Assembly (NCBI GenBank): GCA_016713335.1
Contig: JADJPH010000034.1
Coordinates: 9,145 to 73,144, forward strand
Direction of reading: 5' to 3'
DNA length: 64,000 nucleotides
Source of the DNA: Candidatus Fredericiella danica
Lineage (GTDB): Bacteria > Chloroflexota > Anaerolineae > Caldilineales > Caldilineaceae
Shown in pieces: positions 36,845 through 48,314 of this stretch. Position numbers and translations under genes: made by a program. The notes below the pieces were generated by a model. It searched no databases. It was not told the origin of the DNA and saw only the letters and a list, made by a program, of their open reading frames with translations. Position 1 is the stretch's first letter; the number at the start of each line of letters is the position of its first letter.

Positions 36845-39559
36845 CTATCGACCGGCAAGCATCGTCCTGACCGCCCGCTCCAGCGCCTGGCTCACCATGT
36901 TGATGTTTGCCGGTTTCGGGACAAAGTCATCCATGCCGACTGCAAGGCAGCGTGCCCGGTCTTCGGCTGTGGCCGCGGCCGTCAACGCGATTACATAGGG
37001 CTGGGGCATGCTAGGCATGGCGCGTAAGCGGCGGGTCGCCTCAAGACCATCCATGACTGGCATCTGGACGTCCATCAAAATGATGTCGAACGCGCTTTGC
37101 ATCACATGCGCCAGGGCATCGGCGCCGGAGCTTGCCAGGGCTGGGTGGTAACCGAGCCGTTCGAGGATGCGCATCATGACCTTTTGATTGACCGCATTGT
37201 CTTCGACCACGAGAATCTTCGCCGGGTATCTGTCTGCAAATGCCTGCCCCGTCTGCTGTGGGGGATCAGGGTTCACAACGACAGCTTGTGGCGCGCTGAA
37301 GCGTAGGAGCGCATCGCCGAATTCTGTCGGGCCAATCGGACCCAGCAGCAACTCACACCCTGCGGATGCTGCGACCAGGGGGCGCAATTGCACTGCCGTG
37401 ACCGGCGCGCACAGCACGGTGTTGATCGGGTGGGGAAGGGTTGCCAGGTCCGCCAGCAAGGCGGCAAGGGCATCAGGATCAGCCGAAATCTTAAAGACTG
37501 CTGTCCGCATGGTTGGGTCGGTACGGAGCACCTGCAACGCTTCTGCTGCCGTCTGTGCGGCCACGGCAACCATGCCCCAGCGGATGGCATAGTTCATCAG
37601 AATGCCACGTCCAGTGTCACTGCTTGAGCAGATCACCAGGCGCTGTTGCTGCAAGAATGGCAAGCCCAAATTGCGTACGTTTGGCTTTTGAGCCGCCCCT
37701 GCCGCCGCGACAATCGTGAAGTGAAACGTAGATCCCTGTCCATGAACGCTCTCCAGCCAGAGGTCACCGCCAAGTTTCTGGCAGATGTGTTTGCTGATTG
37801 CTAATCCGAGCCCAGTGCCACCGTGCTGCCGGGTGTAAGAAAAGTCCACCTGGCTAAAGGGCCGGAACACATGCTCGATCTGATCCGCAGGAATCCCGAC
37901 GCCGGTATCCTGGATGGCAAAGTGGAGTCTGTACTTTGTGTTCTCGAGTTGCGTGCTGTCAACCAATAAGGTGATTTCGCCCTGCTCGGTGAATTTCACG
38001 GCATTGGAGAGCAGATTGATCAGTACCTGGCGCAACCGGTGTTCGTCACTGTTGATGACTTCGGGAGTCGCCGGGTCGAGGTAGAAGTGCAGGTCAAGGC
38101 CTTTGACTGCCACGGTCGCTGCGATCACGTCCAGGGCATCTTCGATGCAACGCCCCAGGTTAAGTTCCTGGTGGGCGACCTTGAGCGCCCCAGCTTCCAT
38201 CTTGGAGAAGTCCAGGATGTCGTTGATGATGGCCAGCAGCGCATGCGAACTATGGCGAATTGTCTCGACAAAGTCACGTTGCTCGGCATCGAGCGCGGTG
38301 CCAAGGAGGAGGTCGCTCATCCCCACGACACCATTCATCGGCGTGCGGATCTCGTGGCTCATGTTGGCGACGAAGTCGCTGCGTGCCTGTACCGCCGCCT
38401 CCGCGACAAGCGTGGCGGTGCGCAACGCCGCCTCGCGTTCCTTGCTGGCGGTGACGTCGCTCATGGTGATCAAGAGTTGAGACGGCGCCTCCTTGCGTTC
38501 TTCATCGAGCACCGTCTCGCGGCTCTGGATCCAGTGCCAATTGCCTTGATCGTCACACACCCTGAATTCCAGTGCATCGGGGTCCACATTCCCAGTTGTC
38601 ATGACCGTGCCCGTGCGGGCGGCAAAGGTTGGCAGGTCATCCGGGTGGATGTAGTGGGCGAGCTTATTGCGCGAGGAGAGCGCCGCAATCGGGTGGCCCA
38701 GGAAAGTGGCGCGATTGGCATAGGCCCATTCCTCAGACTCCACGGCAACGACAAAGATGAAATCCGGCGACCTTTCCGCAAGCCGGCGAAATCGTAGTTC
38801 GCTCCGCTGGCGTTCTTCGACTTCGGTGGTAAGGCTGCGGTTGGCGGCATCCAGCGCCGCCGTGCGTTCCTGGACCCGGATTTCCAACTGTGTGCGGGCT
38901 AGTTCAAGTTGGCTCCGGCTCCTACGCAATTCATCGTTGCTCTTGGAGAGCGCGCTTACCGCGGCGTGTGCTTCAGCAGCGTTGGTTTCGCTGTCATGAA
39001 GCGTTAGGCGGATCAGCACGGTGTTCAGCGCAAGCCCTGCCACCAGCGCGATTGCCAAAGTGAACGACATGGGATAATAGGCGACAGACGCAGTCACGCC
39101 GAACGCTTCCATGGCATAGATGATGACGATGCTGAACGCGCTCAGCCAGAAGTAGCGCGTCGCCGCCCTGCTGCCCAGCATCAGCCCGCTCAGCGGAATC
39201 AGGATAAAGAAGCCCATGTTGGTTGGCGATGCGATGGTGCCGAAGACCAGGAGCGTAGGGAGGACAGAGCCAAGATATATCAAAACAGCAAATGTGTGTG
39301 CAGCAAACCTGGCGTGACCGCGCCAGGCGAGCACAATCAATGCTCCACATGCTGCAAACAGCGCCACATCCATGATGAGCAATTGCCGGTCATCGGCGGC
39401 CCTCATGTTACTGAGCGACATCAGCAACACCAAGATGACCACCCCGGCCATTGATGCGCCGGCCAGCACGGTTAGAAAATAGGCGGTGCGTGTATTGCTG
39501 GTCGCCCCGGCGCCGGGCACTCGGAACAGGTTTCGAACCCTGGCAACGGGAGATGACAT
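36845..39559 (-). CDS. Hybrid sensor histidine kinase / response regulator
   Basis: Intact 904 aa. Domains in order: multi-TM N-terminus, coiled coil, PAS, HisKA (FVANMSHEIRTPMNGV), HATPase (NLLSNAVKFT...DTGVGI...GGTGLGLAI), a receiver-like spacer without the acidic pocket, and a C-terminal REC (ILVVEDNAVNQ...DIILMDVQMPVMDG...KP). Confidence 0.9.
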   Translation of the reverse strand: MSSPVARVRNLFRVPGAGATSNTRTAYFLTVLAGASMAGVVILVLLMSLSNMRAADDRQLLIMDVALFAACGALIVLAWRGHARFAAHTFAVLIYLGSVLPTLLVFGTIASPTNMGFFILIPLSGLMLGSRAATRYFWLSAFSIVIIYAMEAFGVTASVAYYPMSFTLAIALVAGLALNTVLIRLTLHDSETNAAEAHAAVSALSKSNDELRRSRSQLELARTQLEIRVQERTAALDAANRSLTTEVEERQRSELRFRRLAERSPDFIFVVAVESEEWAYANRATFLGHPIAALSSRNKLAHYIHPDDLPTFAARTGTVMTTGNVDPDALEFRVCDDQGNWHWIQSRETVLDEERKEAPSQLLITMSDVTASKEREAALRTATLVAEAAVQARSDFVANMSHEIRTPMNGVVGMSDLLLGTALDAEQRDFVETIRHSSHALLAIINDILDFSKMEAGALKVAHQELNLGRCIEDALDVIAATVAVKGLDLHFYLDPATPEVINSDEHRLRQVLINLLSNAVKFTEQGEITLLVDSTQLENTKYRLHFAIQDTGVGIPADQIEHVFRPFSQVDFSYTRQHGGTGLGLAISKHICQKLGGDLWLESVHGQGSTFHFTIVAAAGAAQKPNVRNLGLPFLQQQRLVICSSSDTGRGILMNYAIRWGMVAVAAQTAAEALQVLRTDPTMRTAVFKISADPDALAALLADLATLPHPINTVLCAPVTAVQLRPLVAASAGCELLLGPIGPTEFGDALLRFSAPQAVVVNPDPPQQTGQAFADRYPAKILVVEDNAVNQKVMMRILERLGYHPALASSGADALAHVMQSAFDIILMDVQMPVMDGLEATRRLRAMPSMPQPYVIALTAAATAEDRARCLAVGMDDFVPKPANINMVSQALERAVRTMLAGR

Positions 39560-39647
39560 TTGAGGATTACCATTTTCCTAGCGATGCCAATGAACGCCTG
39601 TACAGGCGAACACGATTTTTACTCAGGAAAATTACTGCGCTAAACGG

Positions 39648-40545
39648 TCAGCGCGTGCGGGCAATGGGCCGTTCTGCAATGTAGACGAGCCATTCGTGCG
39701 GTTCCTTCAACTCAAGCCCATCCCAGGCTGGATAGACTACGACCTGGTCATAGCCGGCCGTGTGGAGATGCTGGGTCATCTCGTCCGTCGTATAGCTTTG
39801 GTCGCATAGCAGAACTTCATCGAGTCTGCCGGTATCCAGTTGTGGTGTAGAAGCGCTCCATGGAGAGCGCGGCGTCGGCGTCCCAGAAGCGCTCGCCCAA
39901 ATTGATGAACGGCGCATCTCCCCATAGTCCAGCGTCATCCGTGAACCACCAGGTGCTGTGTCCTTTGTCAATGTGATCCGGATTCAATAGTTCAATGACG
40001 ATGCGCCCCCCGGGCTTGAGGCTTTCCGCGATCTTCGCCAATAGGGCGACCGCTTCCTCGCGCTGAAAGACCGCCATCTGCCCGTAGAGGAAGAGCGCCG
40101 CATCGAACTGTTGGGCAGGCAATTCCACCTGGCGAACGTCGGCTTCGATGAATTGGCAGTTAGCCGTCAATGCGGCTGCCGCTACCTGGCTGCGGCCATA
40201 GGCAATTGAAGCCGGGCTGAAGTCGATGCCCAGTACATGGCAGCCGCGCCGCGCCAGTTCCAGTGCATAGAGCCCAGGGCCGCAAGTGAAGTCGAGCACC
40301 TGGGCGCCCGGCTCCAGCGCAAATTTGCGCCAGAGCCAGTCGATTTGCGCCGCGCGCTCACTGTCAATGCGGGAGGCTGCGGAGTGGGACTGATCCAGAT
40401 GCTCACGCAGCATGCGCTGCGAAAACTCCGGATCGTTCCATGGCAGATTGCCGCCATCCGTCCACGCGACCGGGCGCTCCGGTCTGCGATAGATGCGCCA
40501 GAGGGCGGCAGAGAGAGAGTCAGGCTGAGCGCTCACTGTGGTCAT
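39648..40545 (-). CDS. Class I SAM-dependent methyltransferase (frameshift near 39830)
   Basis: VLDFTCGPGLYALELARRGCHVLGIDFS motif I. ORFs 39817..40545 and 39648..39971 are colinear. Confidence 0.75.
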
Positions 40546-40559
40546 AGGCGTGTCGATTG

Positions 40560-40599
40560 CGTATCACGTATCACGTATCGATACGTGATACGTGATACG
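40560..40599. repeat. 40-bp perfect palindrome made of inverted triple heptamers (CGTATCA x3 / TGATACG x3)
   Basis: CGTATCACGTATCACGTATCGATACGTGATACGTGATACG equals its own reverse complement. It starts 2 nt after the rnj stop codon (40602-40604) and ends 14 nt before the methyltransferase start (40545). Confidence 0.95.
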
Positions 40600-40601
40600 T
40601 T

Positions 40602-42299
40602 CTAAACTTCAATCACCAACGGCAGAATCATGGGGCGCCGGCCGATTTCGCGTGCGGCAAAGTTGCCCAGCGCATCTTTGATCTTGTTTTCCAGCACCTC
40701 GGGCGGGGTTTTCTTGCGCAAGACCTTGGCAACGTTTTCCTGTGCCCGTTTGATCAGATCTTCCTGCTCACGCATATACACGAAGCCACGGCTGAGAATT
40801 TCCGGTCCGAATACGATGGAGCCGTCCGCTTCATCCACCGCCACGATGCAGACGATGAAGCCATCCTGGCTCAATTGGCGGCGGTCACGCAGCACAACGC
40901 TGCCAACGTCGCCCACGCCTAACCCATCAACATAGACGGGACCGGCCGGAATCGCCTCTCCCAGGCGGGCGGTGATGGCGCCGTTGCCTTTGAAGTCGCC
41001 GAACTCGACGATCTGACCATTTTCAATGATGAAGACGTGATCTTTGGGAAGACCGCATTCCTGGGCAAGGCGCGCATGGAGCACCAGGTGGCGGTACTCA
41101 CCATGCACTGGGATGAAGTATTTGGGGCGCACCAGGGCAAGCATGTGCCGGTAATCATCCTGACCACCGTGACCGCTGACATGGACGTTGCCCACTTCGT
41201 GGTAGAGCACGTAGGCGCCCTGGCGGAAGAGGTTGTCGACGGTGCGGTTGAACAATTCTTCATTGCCTGGGATCGGCGTTGCGCTCAGCACGACGGTGTC
41301 GCCTTCGCGGAGCACCAATTGCCGATGATCCCCCACGCTCATGCGCACCATGGCACTGGTAGGCTCTCCCTGGCTGCCGGTCGCAATGATGACCACTTCA
41401 GGACCCGGCAATGATTCCATTTCGCCCGCAGTCAGGAGTTCATCACCGGCAAGATCCAGATAACCCAGTTGGAGTGCGATCTTCACATTGTTGACCATGC
41501 TGCGCCCAACGACGCCGACGCGGCGCCCATGACGGTGGGCAACGTTGATGACCTGTTGGACGCGGCCAAGGTTTGAAGCGAAGGTTGCCAGCAAGACGCG
41601 GCCGGGCGCTTCGCTCATGACCCGCTCAAGCATCGTTTCTACCGTTGCCTCGCTCGGCGTGGTGCCCTGGCGTTCGGCGTTGGTGCTGTCCGCCAATAGC
41701 ACCAGCACGCCTTCATCGCCCCACTTGCGCAACTTATTTTCCTCGGTGGGCTTGCCATCGGCGGGTGTAGGATCAAATCGATAGTCACTGGTGTGGATGA
41801 CGCGTCCGGCAGGGGTTTTGATGGCAACGCCGACGCTATCCGGAAAGCTGTGGGTCGTGTGGAAAAATTCCACGGTGAAAGGCCCAAGCTGGAGCACATC
41901 GTTATCCGTGATGGTCACCAGGTCGGCATCGGCCAGCACCTTGTCTTCGCGCAACTTGACTTCCAGCAGGCCACGGGTCAGTGCAGTGGCGTAGATCGGG
42001 GCGCGAAGACCGGCTTCAACGAGGAACGGTACGGCGCCGATATGGTCTTCGTGGCCATGGGTGAGGATGACGCCACGCAGTTGGTCGAGCCGATCCATCA
42101 CATATGTGCTGTCCGGAATCACAATGTCAATGCCGTGCATCTCACTCGTTGGAAACATCAAGCCGATGTCAACAATGAGCAGATTCTCGCCGGACTCAAA
42201 GACTAGCATGTTTTTGCCAATTTCACCCACTCCACCGAGGGGAATGATACGCAGCAGTGGTTTTTCCTCCTGCTGCGCTTTGCGAACTGTATCCACCAT
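40602..42299 (-). CDS. rnj: Ribonuclease J
   Basis: AAGGAG RBS. RIIPLGGVGEIGKNMLVFE...ILTHGHEDHIGAVPFL is the metallo-beta-lactamase/beta-CASP signature. About 565 aa from the internal ATG at 42297-42299. Confidence 0.95.
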   Translation of the reverse strand: MVDTVRKAQQEEKPLLRIIPLGGVGEIGKNMLVFESGENLLIVDIGLMFPTSEMHGIDIVIPDSTYVMDRLDQLRGVILTHGHEDHIGAVPFLVEAGLRAPIYATALTRGLLEVKLREDKVLADADLVTITDNDVLQLGPFTVEFFHTTHSFPDSVGVAIKTPAGRVIHTSDYRFDPTPADGKPTEENKLRKWGDEGVLVLLADSTNAERQGTTPSEATVETMLERVMSEAPGRVLLATFASNLGRVQQVINVAHRHGRRVGVVGRSMVNNVKIALQLGYLDLAGDELLTAGEMESLPGPEVVIIATGSQGEPTSAMVRMSVGDHRQLVLREGDTVVLSATPIPGNEELFNRTVDNLFRQGAYVLYHEVGNVHVSGHGGQDDYRHMLALVRPKYFIPVHGEYRHLVLHARLAQECGLPKDHVFIIENGQIVEFGDFKGNGAITARLGEAIPAGPVYVDGLGVGDVGSVVLRDRRQLSQDGFIVCIVAVDEADGSIVFGPEILSRGFVYMREQEDLIKRAQENVAKVLRKKTPPEVLENKIKDALGNFAAREIGRRPMILPLVIEV

Positions 42300-42491
42300 G
42301 TTTTTCAACTCCTTTTTTTCTGATGATGTGCGATTGTTCCACAAGATTTTTACGGGCGTGCATACCTCACGTCCGTCAACGTCCGAAATAGAGAAACGAA
42401 AGAGGCAACTCCGGCAGCCGCTAACACCTTGCACCACCGGTCAGGTTGGTGCACCGGCGATGGGGTGACCCTGGCTCCGTTTGAGCAATGC

Positions 42492-43166
42492 CTATTCGAA
42501 GTCGGCGTCCCCCGGGTGCGGTGTACCGGCTGCCAATGCTTCCCCACGCGCGGCCGCTTGATTGGCGCGGCGAGCACGTTCCATAAGTGGTGGCAAGGTC
42601 GTCATGTCACGCTCAAAGTCCGCCAACCACTGGGGATTGCGCAACGCTGCTGCAGGGTGGAACATCGGCATCGCAACACGACCCCGGCCGATGTTGCGCA
42701 CCTGCCCATGAATCTTGGTGATCGCACTGTTCGGAAACCAGCGCTGCATGCTGATCCGGCCAAGGGTAACGATGATCCGTGGATTCACCAGGGTGATCTG
42801 TTGATCCAGGAAGGCAGCGCAAGCAGCAACTTCAGCAGGTAAAGGATCCCGGTTGTCCGGTGGACGGCATTTCACGACATTTGTGATGTAAACGTCGGTC
42901 CGTTCGATCCCGGTCTTTTTGAGCGATTCGGTCAGCAGGCGACCGCTTCGACCCACAAATGGGCGACCTTGGCGATCCTCTTCAAATCCCGGCCCCTCGC
43001 CAACAAACATCACCAGTGCGTTCAGTGGACCCTCACCGGGCACGGATTGCGTGCGACCATTGCCCAGGGAACATCGGGTGCAGTTATGCACCTCACGTTC
43101 GAGCGCGTGCAGCAATGCCGCCCGGACCTCGGCGGCGATCCCGTTTTCACCTGGCGGCGTCACCAT
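42492..43166 (-). CDS. Uracil-DNA glycosylase, family 4
   Basis: CTRCSL...VMFVGEGPGFEEDRQGRPFVGRSGRLL...YITNVVKCRPP...HPAA. The start was set at the internal ATG at 43164-43166. Confidence 0.85.
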   Translation of the reverse strand: MVTPPGENGIAAEVRAALLHALEREVHNCTRCSLGNGRTQSVPGEGPLNALVMFVGEGPGFEEDRQGRPFVGRSGRLLTESLKKTGIERTDVYITNVVKCRPPDNRDPLPAEVAACAAFLDQQITLVNPRIIVTLGRISMQRWFPNSAITKIHGQVRNIGRGRVAMPMFHPAAALRNPQWLADFERDMTTLPPLMERARRANQAAARGEALAAGTPHPGDADFE

Positions 43167-43289
43167 CTTTCTTAACTTTGATTGCCTCGTTTTTTGCGTA
43201 ATGCACGGCAGATCGCGTCTGTCGCCTCTAGTCCAATAGTCTGTAGAGTATATCATCGATTGGCGGGCGCCGAAAAGCCAGGTGAAGAC

Positions 43290-45129
43290 ATGTGGTACAA
43301 TCGAAGTATGCGTTCCTTCGGCGAACTTCTTACCGAGTACACTCAGCGGGCTGGGATTACCGATGCTGAACTGGCTCGTAGCATTGGGGTGCAACGTCAG
43401 ACCATTTTCCGTTGGAAAGAGGGTCTGGTCGCACGGCCCCGTTACCGTGAAGACGTCCTTAAAATCGCGCAGAAGCTCCGGCTGACGCCGGCAGAACGCG
43501 ATGAGTTGCTGCTTGCCAGCGGGTTTCCGCCTGACGAACAGGGCGCCATCCCGCGCGAAGGCGGTGCACCAGCGGGGGGGGATGCCTCAGGACCTGCTAC
43601 GGATGTGCGCGAGACCGATGGTGTTGCGCCCGTGGACCTGGGCTTGCCCTCGCTTAGCAATGGCGCGCCGGCAGATCTGCCGCGTGCGCCGCGCTCCCGC
43701 ACCGGCTGGTTGCTGGGTGGCGCGCTGTTGGTGGCATCTGTTGCCATCGGCATAGGTGTCGTTTGGTTGCCGCGCCTCTTGCCGGGTCGTGTGACGGCGA
43801 CGCCAACTTCCGTCCTGGTGACACCGGTGTCGCTGCCTACGCATACACCCACCGTGACGCCGCCCACGGCAACACCGATTGTGGCTCAAGCCGGTGAAAA
43901 ACTGGTGTTGGTGGCGCCTTTTGTCGGCTACACCTCGTCGGAACTTCGGTTCAACGTTGCCGGCCGTATTCAAGAGACCCTGGATAGTGAGATCGCCGAC
44001 CTGAAATTGGCGGACGCACGGGTTGTCGTGCTGGACGCGCCAATCACCTCGCAAGGGCAAGCAGAGCTCACGCTACGCGATTCGGGAGCGTCGGCGCTGA
44101 TCTGGGGAGAATACGATGCCGGCCGGGTGCGTGCCAACGTGTCGGTCAGCTCGCATGACGACAAGGCGTGGGTCAACCCGGTCGATTCTCCCGACAAACT
44201 CCCGGTGATCATCAATGAACAGGTCCCGGATGCGGTGCGCTTGTTGGCGCTGTTCGCGTTGGGACGCCTCTATCGTGACAGCGGGGATCACACCCGCGCT
44301 GCAAGTGTTTGAGCAATCGTTGGCCTTGAAGCCGAACGAGCGGACGATGCAGGCTGCGCTGCATTTTTACATCGGCGCAATCTTGCCCGAGGTGAAGGGC
44401 TACCGCACTGATGTGTTAACGGATTCGATCGAGCACTACAACCAGGCGCTGGCGCTTGAACCAACCTGGGAGAACATCCTCTATAACCGCGGGACAACCT
44501 ACCTGGGGCGCGGCCTGCTATCACCGAATGAGCGTGCCGATTTGGATCAGGCCATCAAGGATCTGACCGAGGTCATCCGGCTGCAACCAAAGCGCGTCGA
44601 GCCTTATCTCAATCGTGGCATTGCCTACTATCAACGCAACGCCGAGGGTGATCAGGCAACGGCCATCGCGGATTTTACGCACGCGATCGAACTGCAACCG
44701 CGCGACGACCGGGCATTCTATCATCGCGGGTTGGCGGAAATCCGCAATGGCGCCGCCCCGGGTATCTGGATGTCGGATTTGGAGCAGGCGCAGGCACTGA
44801 ATCCGGCGAATCCAGCGATTACGAACGGCCTCTGTTGGGGACATGCGGTTGCCGCCGGCGCCGAGGCGGGTTTGGAATTTTGTGAACAGGCGGTGGCGGC
44901 GGACCAAACGGGCAGTAGCCTCGACGGTCGTGCGATCGTTTACGCCCGGCTCGGGCGGCCTGCAGATGCCGCGAACGATCTGAGGAATTATCTCAAGTGG
45001 GTGAAGGCGACCTATCCGCAACTATACACGAAGTATCGCGGACCCACAGTTGAAGCTTGGATCGCGGCGTTGGAGCAGGGTGAAAATCCGTTCACGCCTG
45101 AAGTACTTGCGATGTTGCGGTCCGGGTGA
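43290..45129 (+). CDS. XRE-type HTH, TM and TPR-repeat protein (frameshift near 44290)
   Basis: FGELLTEYTQRAGITDAELARSIGVQRQTIFRWKEG, a Pro/Ala linker, one TM helix (WLLGGALLVASVAIGIGVVWL), and C-terminal TPR units (ORF 44215..45129). Confidence 0.7.
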
Positions 45130-45389
45130 TGGAAATGGATTGTCGTCCCGGCTGCGGCGCCTGTTGCATCGCAATCTCTATCTCGTCGCCCATTCCCGGT
45201 ATGCCTGACGGCAAGCCCGCCGGTGTCCGCTGCGTCCAACTGACCGTCGACAATCTCTGCGCAATTTTTGGTCACCCCGAACGCCCGGCCGTCTGTATCG
45301 CCCTCCGCCCCAGCCAGGAAATGTGCGGAGACAATCGCGAACATGCGTTGGCCTACCTTACCTGGCTGGAAGCGGAAACGCAACCCTAG
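45126..45389 (+). CDS. YkgJ-family cysteine-cluster protein (UPF0153)
   Basis: CRPGCGACC...C..L...LC.I...RP..C pattern. The start overlaps the stop of the upstream gene. Confidence 0.65.
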   Translation: MMEMDCRPGCGACCIAISISSPIPGMPDGKPAGVRCVQLTVDNLCAIFGHPERPAVCIALRPSQEMCGDNREHALAYLTWLEAETQP

Positions 45390-45393
45390 CGGG

Positions 45394-45714
45394 CTAGAAG
45401 AACCAGCGCCAGATCAGAAAGATCACCATCCCAAGCACGATAGTCGCCAGTAGGTTGCGCGTGCGCCAGGCGATTACAGCCGAGATGATCCCGGCGACCA
45501 GATAGGCGTTGGTGAGGCTAATGTCAATTTGCCCAGCCGGCATCACCATCGCCGGCACAATGATGGCCGTCAGGACTGCCGGTGGGATGAATTTGAGTGC
45601 TGCCATCACCGGCTCGGGTAGGTGCACGCGGCTCACAAGCGCCAATACGGGGTAGCGCACCCCAAAGGTCACCGCCATCATCCCGGCCACCATGAGAATT
45701 TCATAGGTGCTCAT
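45394..45714 (-). CDS. azlD: Branched-chain amino acid transport protein AzlD
   Basis: 106-aa hydrophobic protein. Its start overlaps the azlC stop (ATGA). Confidence 0.8.
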   Translation of the reverse strand: MSTYEILMVAGMMAVTFGVRYPVLALVSRVHLPEPVMAALKFIPPAVLTAIIVPAMVMPAGQIDISLTNAYLVAGIISAVIAWRTRNLLATIVLGMVIFLIWRWFF

Positions 45715-46490
45715 GCGTCTGCCCTGTTGCCGGCGATGTGGCGATTTTTCAATATTTCGGCGATCAGCCCAAAGACGACGCCGGCCAGGGTGGCGGCCAA
45801 CAGACCAAGCCTGTTTGGCAGACCGGCCAGCACCAACGAGGCAATGCCAGCGGCAAGCACCGACACCAGGATGGGTCTACTGCGGATGCCCGGCATCAAC
45901 ATGCCGATAAAGGTGACCACCAGCGCAAAATCGAGCCCCCAGTTCTCAGGGTTTGCGACGGCTGATCCAGCCAGGATCCGGATCCAAGTGCAAAGCTGCC
46001 AATTTGTGTACATGATGGCGGCCGAACCAAAGTGAAACCAGTGTTTGTTTGGCGAGGCGTCGGGCGCCGTGTACCGCTGGCTGACCACCAGGAAGGTCTC
46101 ATCGGTGAGCGTGAAGCCGAGAATCAGCAGCCAGCGGTGGGGAAGGTGGCGCATATAAGGCGCGAGGCTCACGCTGTACAGGCTATGGCGGAGGTTGACG
46201 ATGAAGGTGGTCAGAATGATGATCATCAGCCCGGCGCCACTTGCATAGAGACCTGCGGCAATGAACTGCGAGGAGCCGGCAAAGACAAAGGCAGACATCG
46301 CCGCTGCCGTGCCGGCGCCAAGGCCACTGCTGACCGCGACCGCGCCGAAAATGATACCAAAGGGGATGGCGCCCACAACCAGCGGGATCGTGGCGCGCAC
46401 GCCGGCCCAGAATTCGGCGCTTCTAGACGTGTCGTGTCTCGCCACTGTTTGCACTCCCGGCTGCGGTGAGAGGACTGCCTGCTTCGTCAT
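45711..46490 (-). CDS. azlC: AzlC-family branched-chain amino acid permease/exporter component
   Basis: 259-aa polytopic membrane protein with family-typical FAGSSQF. It is coupled to azlD. Confidence 0.8.
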   Translation of the reverse strand: MTKQAVLSPQPGVQTVARHDTSRSAEFWAGVRATIPLVVGAIPFGIIFGAVAVSSGLGAGTAAAMSAFVFAGSSQFIAAGLYASGAGLMIIILTTFIVNLRHSLYSVSLAPYMRHLPHRWLLILGFTLTDETFLVVSQRYTAPDASPNKHWFHFGSAAIMYTNWQLCTWIRILAGSAVANPENWGLDFALVVTFIGMLMPGIRSRPILVSVLAAGIASLVLAGLPNRLGLLAATLAGVVFGLIAEILKNRHIAGNRADA

Positions 46491-47245
46491 ACGGTGGCCT
46501 TTAGCAATGCTCCGGGGCTCTCAAATGAATGATCGGCTTCGATCTTGAAGGTGTTCCGCACCTCGGCCGGCGCGCCATCCATCAGTTGCCGGATCACCGC
46601 CACCGAGTTCACCGGTGTGGCAATCCGTCTGACCCAGTCATCGAATTCCAGGCGCAAACGCCAGGTGTAGATGACTATGACTGCAAATCCCGCGTTCGCC
46701 AACATCGTTTTCCAGGCGGCGAGGGTGTGATCGCGCACATGCGATGGATCGCGCAGCAACTCGATGGCTTGGAGATGCGTATCGAGCGTGTAATCGTCGT
46801 AGGAGACGATGTCGGAGAGCAGAAATGCACCGCCAGGGCGCAGGACGCGTCGGAATTCCGCCAGCGCCCGCTCGGGATTGGGCCAATGGTGGGCGCTGTA
46901 GCGCGATGTAACGATGTCGAAGCTTGCATCCGGGAACGCCACCGACTCGACATCGCCGATCCGGAAGTCGACATTGGTGATGTGGCGTTCCTCGGCAAGG
47001 CGGCGCCCCTGCATCAGCATACTTTCCGACAGGTCAACTGCCATCACGCGGCGCGCAGATGGCGCAAACGCCAGCGCCGTGTGGCCGGCGCCGCAGCCTG
47101 CGTCGAGAATCTGCTGGGTTCCGTTCAATGACGCCGCCGCAACCATGGGCGGCAAATCTTCACCGGCGGCGTGCACAGTGCTGGTGCGGTACTGTTCCGC
47201 AACCCGGCTGAACTGACGTTCGACGTTCTGTTTGACTGTGGACAC
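46487..47245 (-). CDS. Class I SAM-dependent methyltransferase (Methyltransf_11 / UbiE-like)
   Basis: [16 protein letters not shown]...[11 protein letters not shown]...[12 protein letters not shown]. The stop overlaps the azlC start. Confidence 0.8.
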   Translation of the reverse strand: MSTVKQNVERQFSRVAEQYRTSTVHAAGEDLPPMVAAASLNGTQQILDAGCGAGHTALAFAPSARRVMAVDLSESMLMQGRRLAEERHITNVDFRIGDVESVAFPDASFDIVTSRYSAHHWPNPERALAEFRRVLRPGGAFLLSDIVSYDDYTLDTHLQAIELLRDPSHVRDHTLAAWKTMLANAGFAVIVIYTWRLRLEFDDWVRRIATPVNSVAVIRQLMDGAPAEVRNTFKIEADHSFESPGALLKATV

Positions 47246-47250
47246 CTTGC

Positions 47251-48195
47251 TTATCTCCCCGCTGTCAGCACTGGCTCACTGGCGTAGACTGGCGTTAACC
47301 AGTGGCTGTATTTCGGTTCCTCTCCGCGCACCACCCGGAAATAGAGATCCCGCAACGCCGTTGTGATCGGTCCCATTCCGCCATTGCCAAGGGTGCGATG
47401 GTCTACGGAGGCAATCGCGGCGATCTGGACGCCTGTCCCACAAAAGAAGGCTTCTTCAGCCAGATAGACTTCGCTGCGATCGATATCGCGTTCGACCACG
47501 CGCAATCCCAATTGCTCCTCGGCCAACTGGATGACCGTGCGCCGGGTGATCCCTTCAAGGACGTTGCTGTGGACGGGGGGAGTGATGAGCGCACCGTGGC
47601 GCACCATGAAGAAGTTTTCGGCGCTGCCTTCGGCGACATGCCCGTCATGGGTTAGCACCAGGGCCTCATCGAACCCGTTCAGCACTGCCTCGCTCTTGAT
47701 CAAGGCGCTGTTTGCATAGCTGCCCGAGATCTTGCCGCGCGCCGGAATCATGTTGTCGTCGACGCGGCGCCAACTGCTGAAGCCGACGCGGGCGCCCTCC
47801 TCGGCTTGCAAATAGCGGCCGAATGGCACCGAGAAGATGGTGACCTCATCGCGCAGACCGTGCACGCGCACGCCAATCAATTCGTCGGCCTTGTAGCCGA
47901 CCGGGCGCACATAGCAATCACCACGCCAGTTCTCCAGACGGAGCAACTCCAGGGTGATCGTGGTCAGTTCCTCAGCCGAATAGGGCAATTCAGCCATCAG
48001 GAGCCGTGCGCTGTTGAGAAAACGCCTGTAATGGTCGAGCGGGCGAAAGACAAAGAGTTGTTGCTGGGCGTCGTTCCAGTACCCACGTATACCGCCGAAC
48101 CAGCCGGTCCCATAGTTAAAGGCATGGGTCATTACCGAGATGCGGGCTTCTTCGATGGGCCGGATGGCGCCTTCAAAAAATGCGTAACGAGTCAT
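47251..48195 (-). CDS. ilvE: Branched-chain amino acid aminotransferase
   Basis: 314 aa with an [43 protein letters not shown]...EGITR...GTGV fits a fold-type IV aminotransferase. Confidence 0.9.
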   Translation of the reverse strand: MTRYAFFEGAIRPIEEARISVMTHAFNYGTGWFGGIRGYWNDAQQQLFVFRPLDHYRRFLNSARLLMAELPYSAEELTTITLELLRLENWRGDCYVRPVGYKADELIGVRVHGLRDEVTIFSVPFGRYLQAEEGARVGFSSWRRVDDNMIPARGKISGSYANSALIKSEAVLNGFDEALVLTHDGHVAEGSAENFFMVRHGALITPPVHSNVLEGITRRTVIQLAEEQLGLRVVERDIDRSEVYLAEEAFFCGTGVQIAAIASVDHRTLGNGGMGPITTALRDLYFRVVRGEEPKYSHWLTPVYASEPVLTAGR

Positions 48196-48314
48196 GATTG
48201 TCTCCTTAAGCTCTACCTATACAAGCGGCGTCCATTCTTCGGCTGCCGATTCAGCGGGTAATGGCGCACGCAGGTTCGTGCGGATGAGACTGGCGAGCAC
48301 AAGGGCCCCGCGCT

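Noticed and set aside
38039-38797. A 252-aa plus-strand ORF. Comparable cases are 52320..53054 (minus), 60175..60834 (minus), 62407..63126 (minus) and 6619..7371 (minus).
   Set aside because: Each is antisense to a gene with clear family motifs and shows no motifs of its own.
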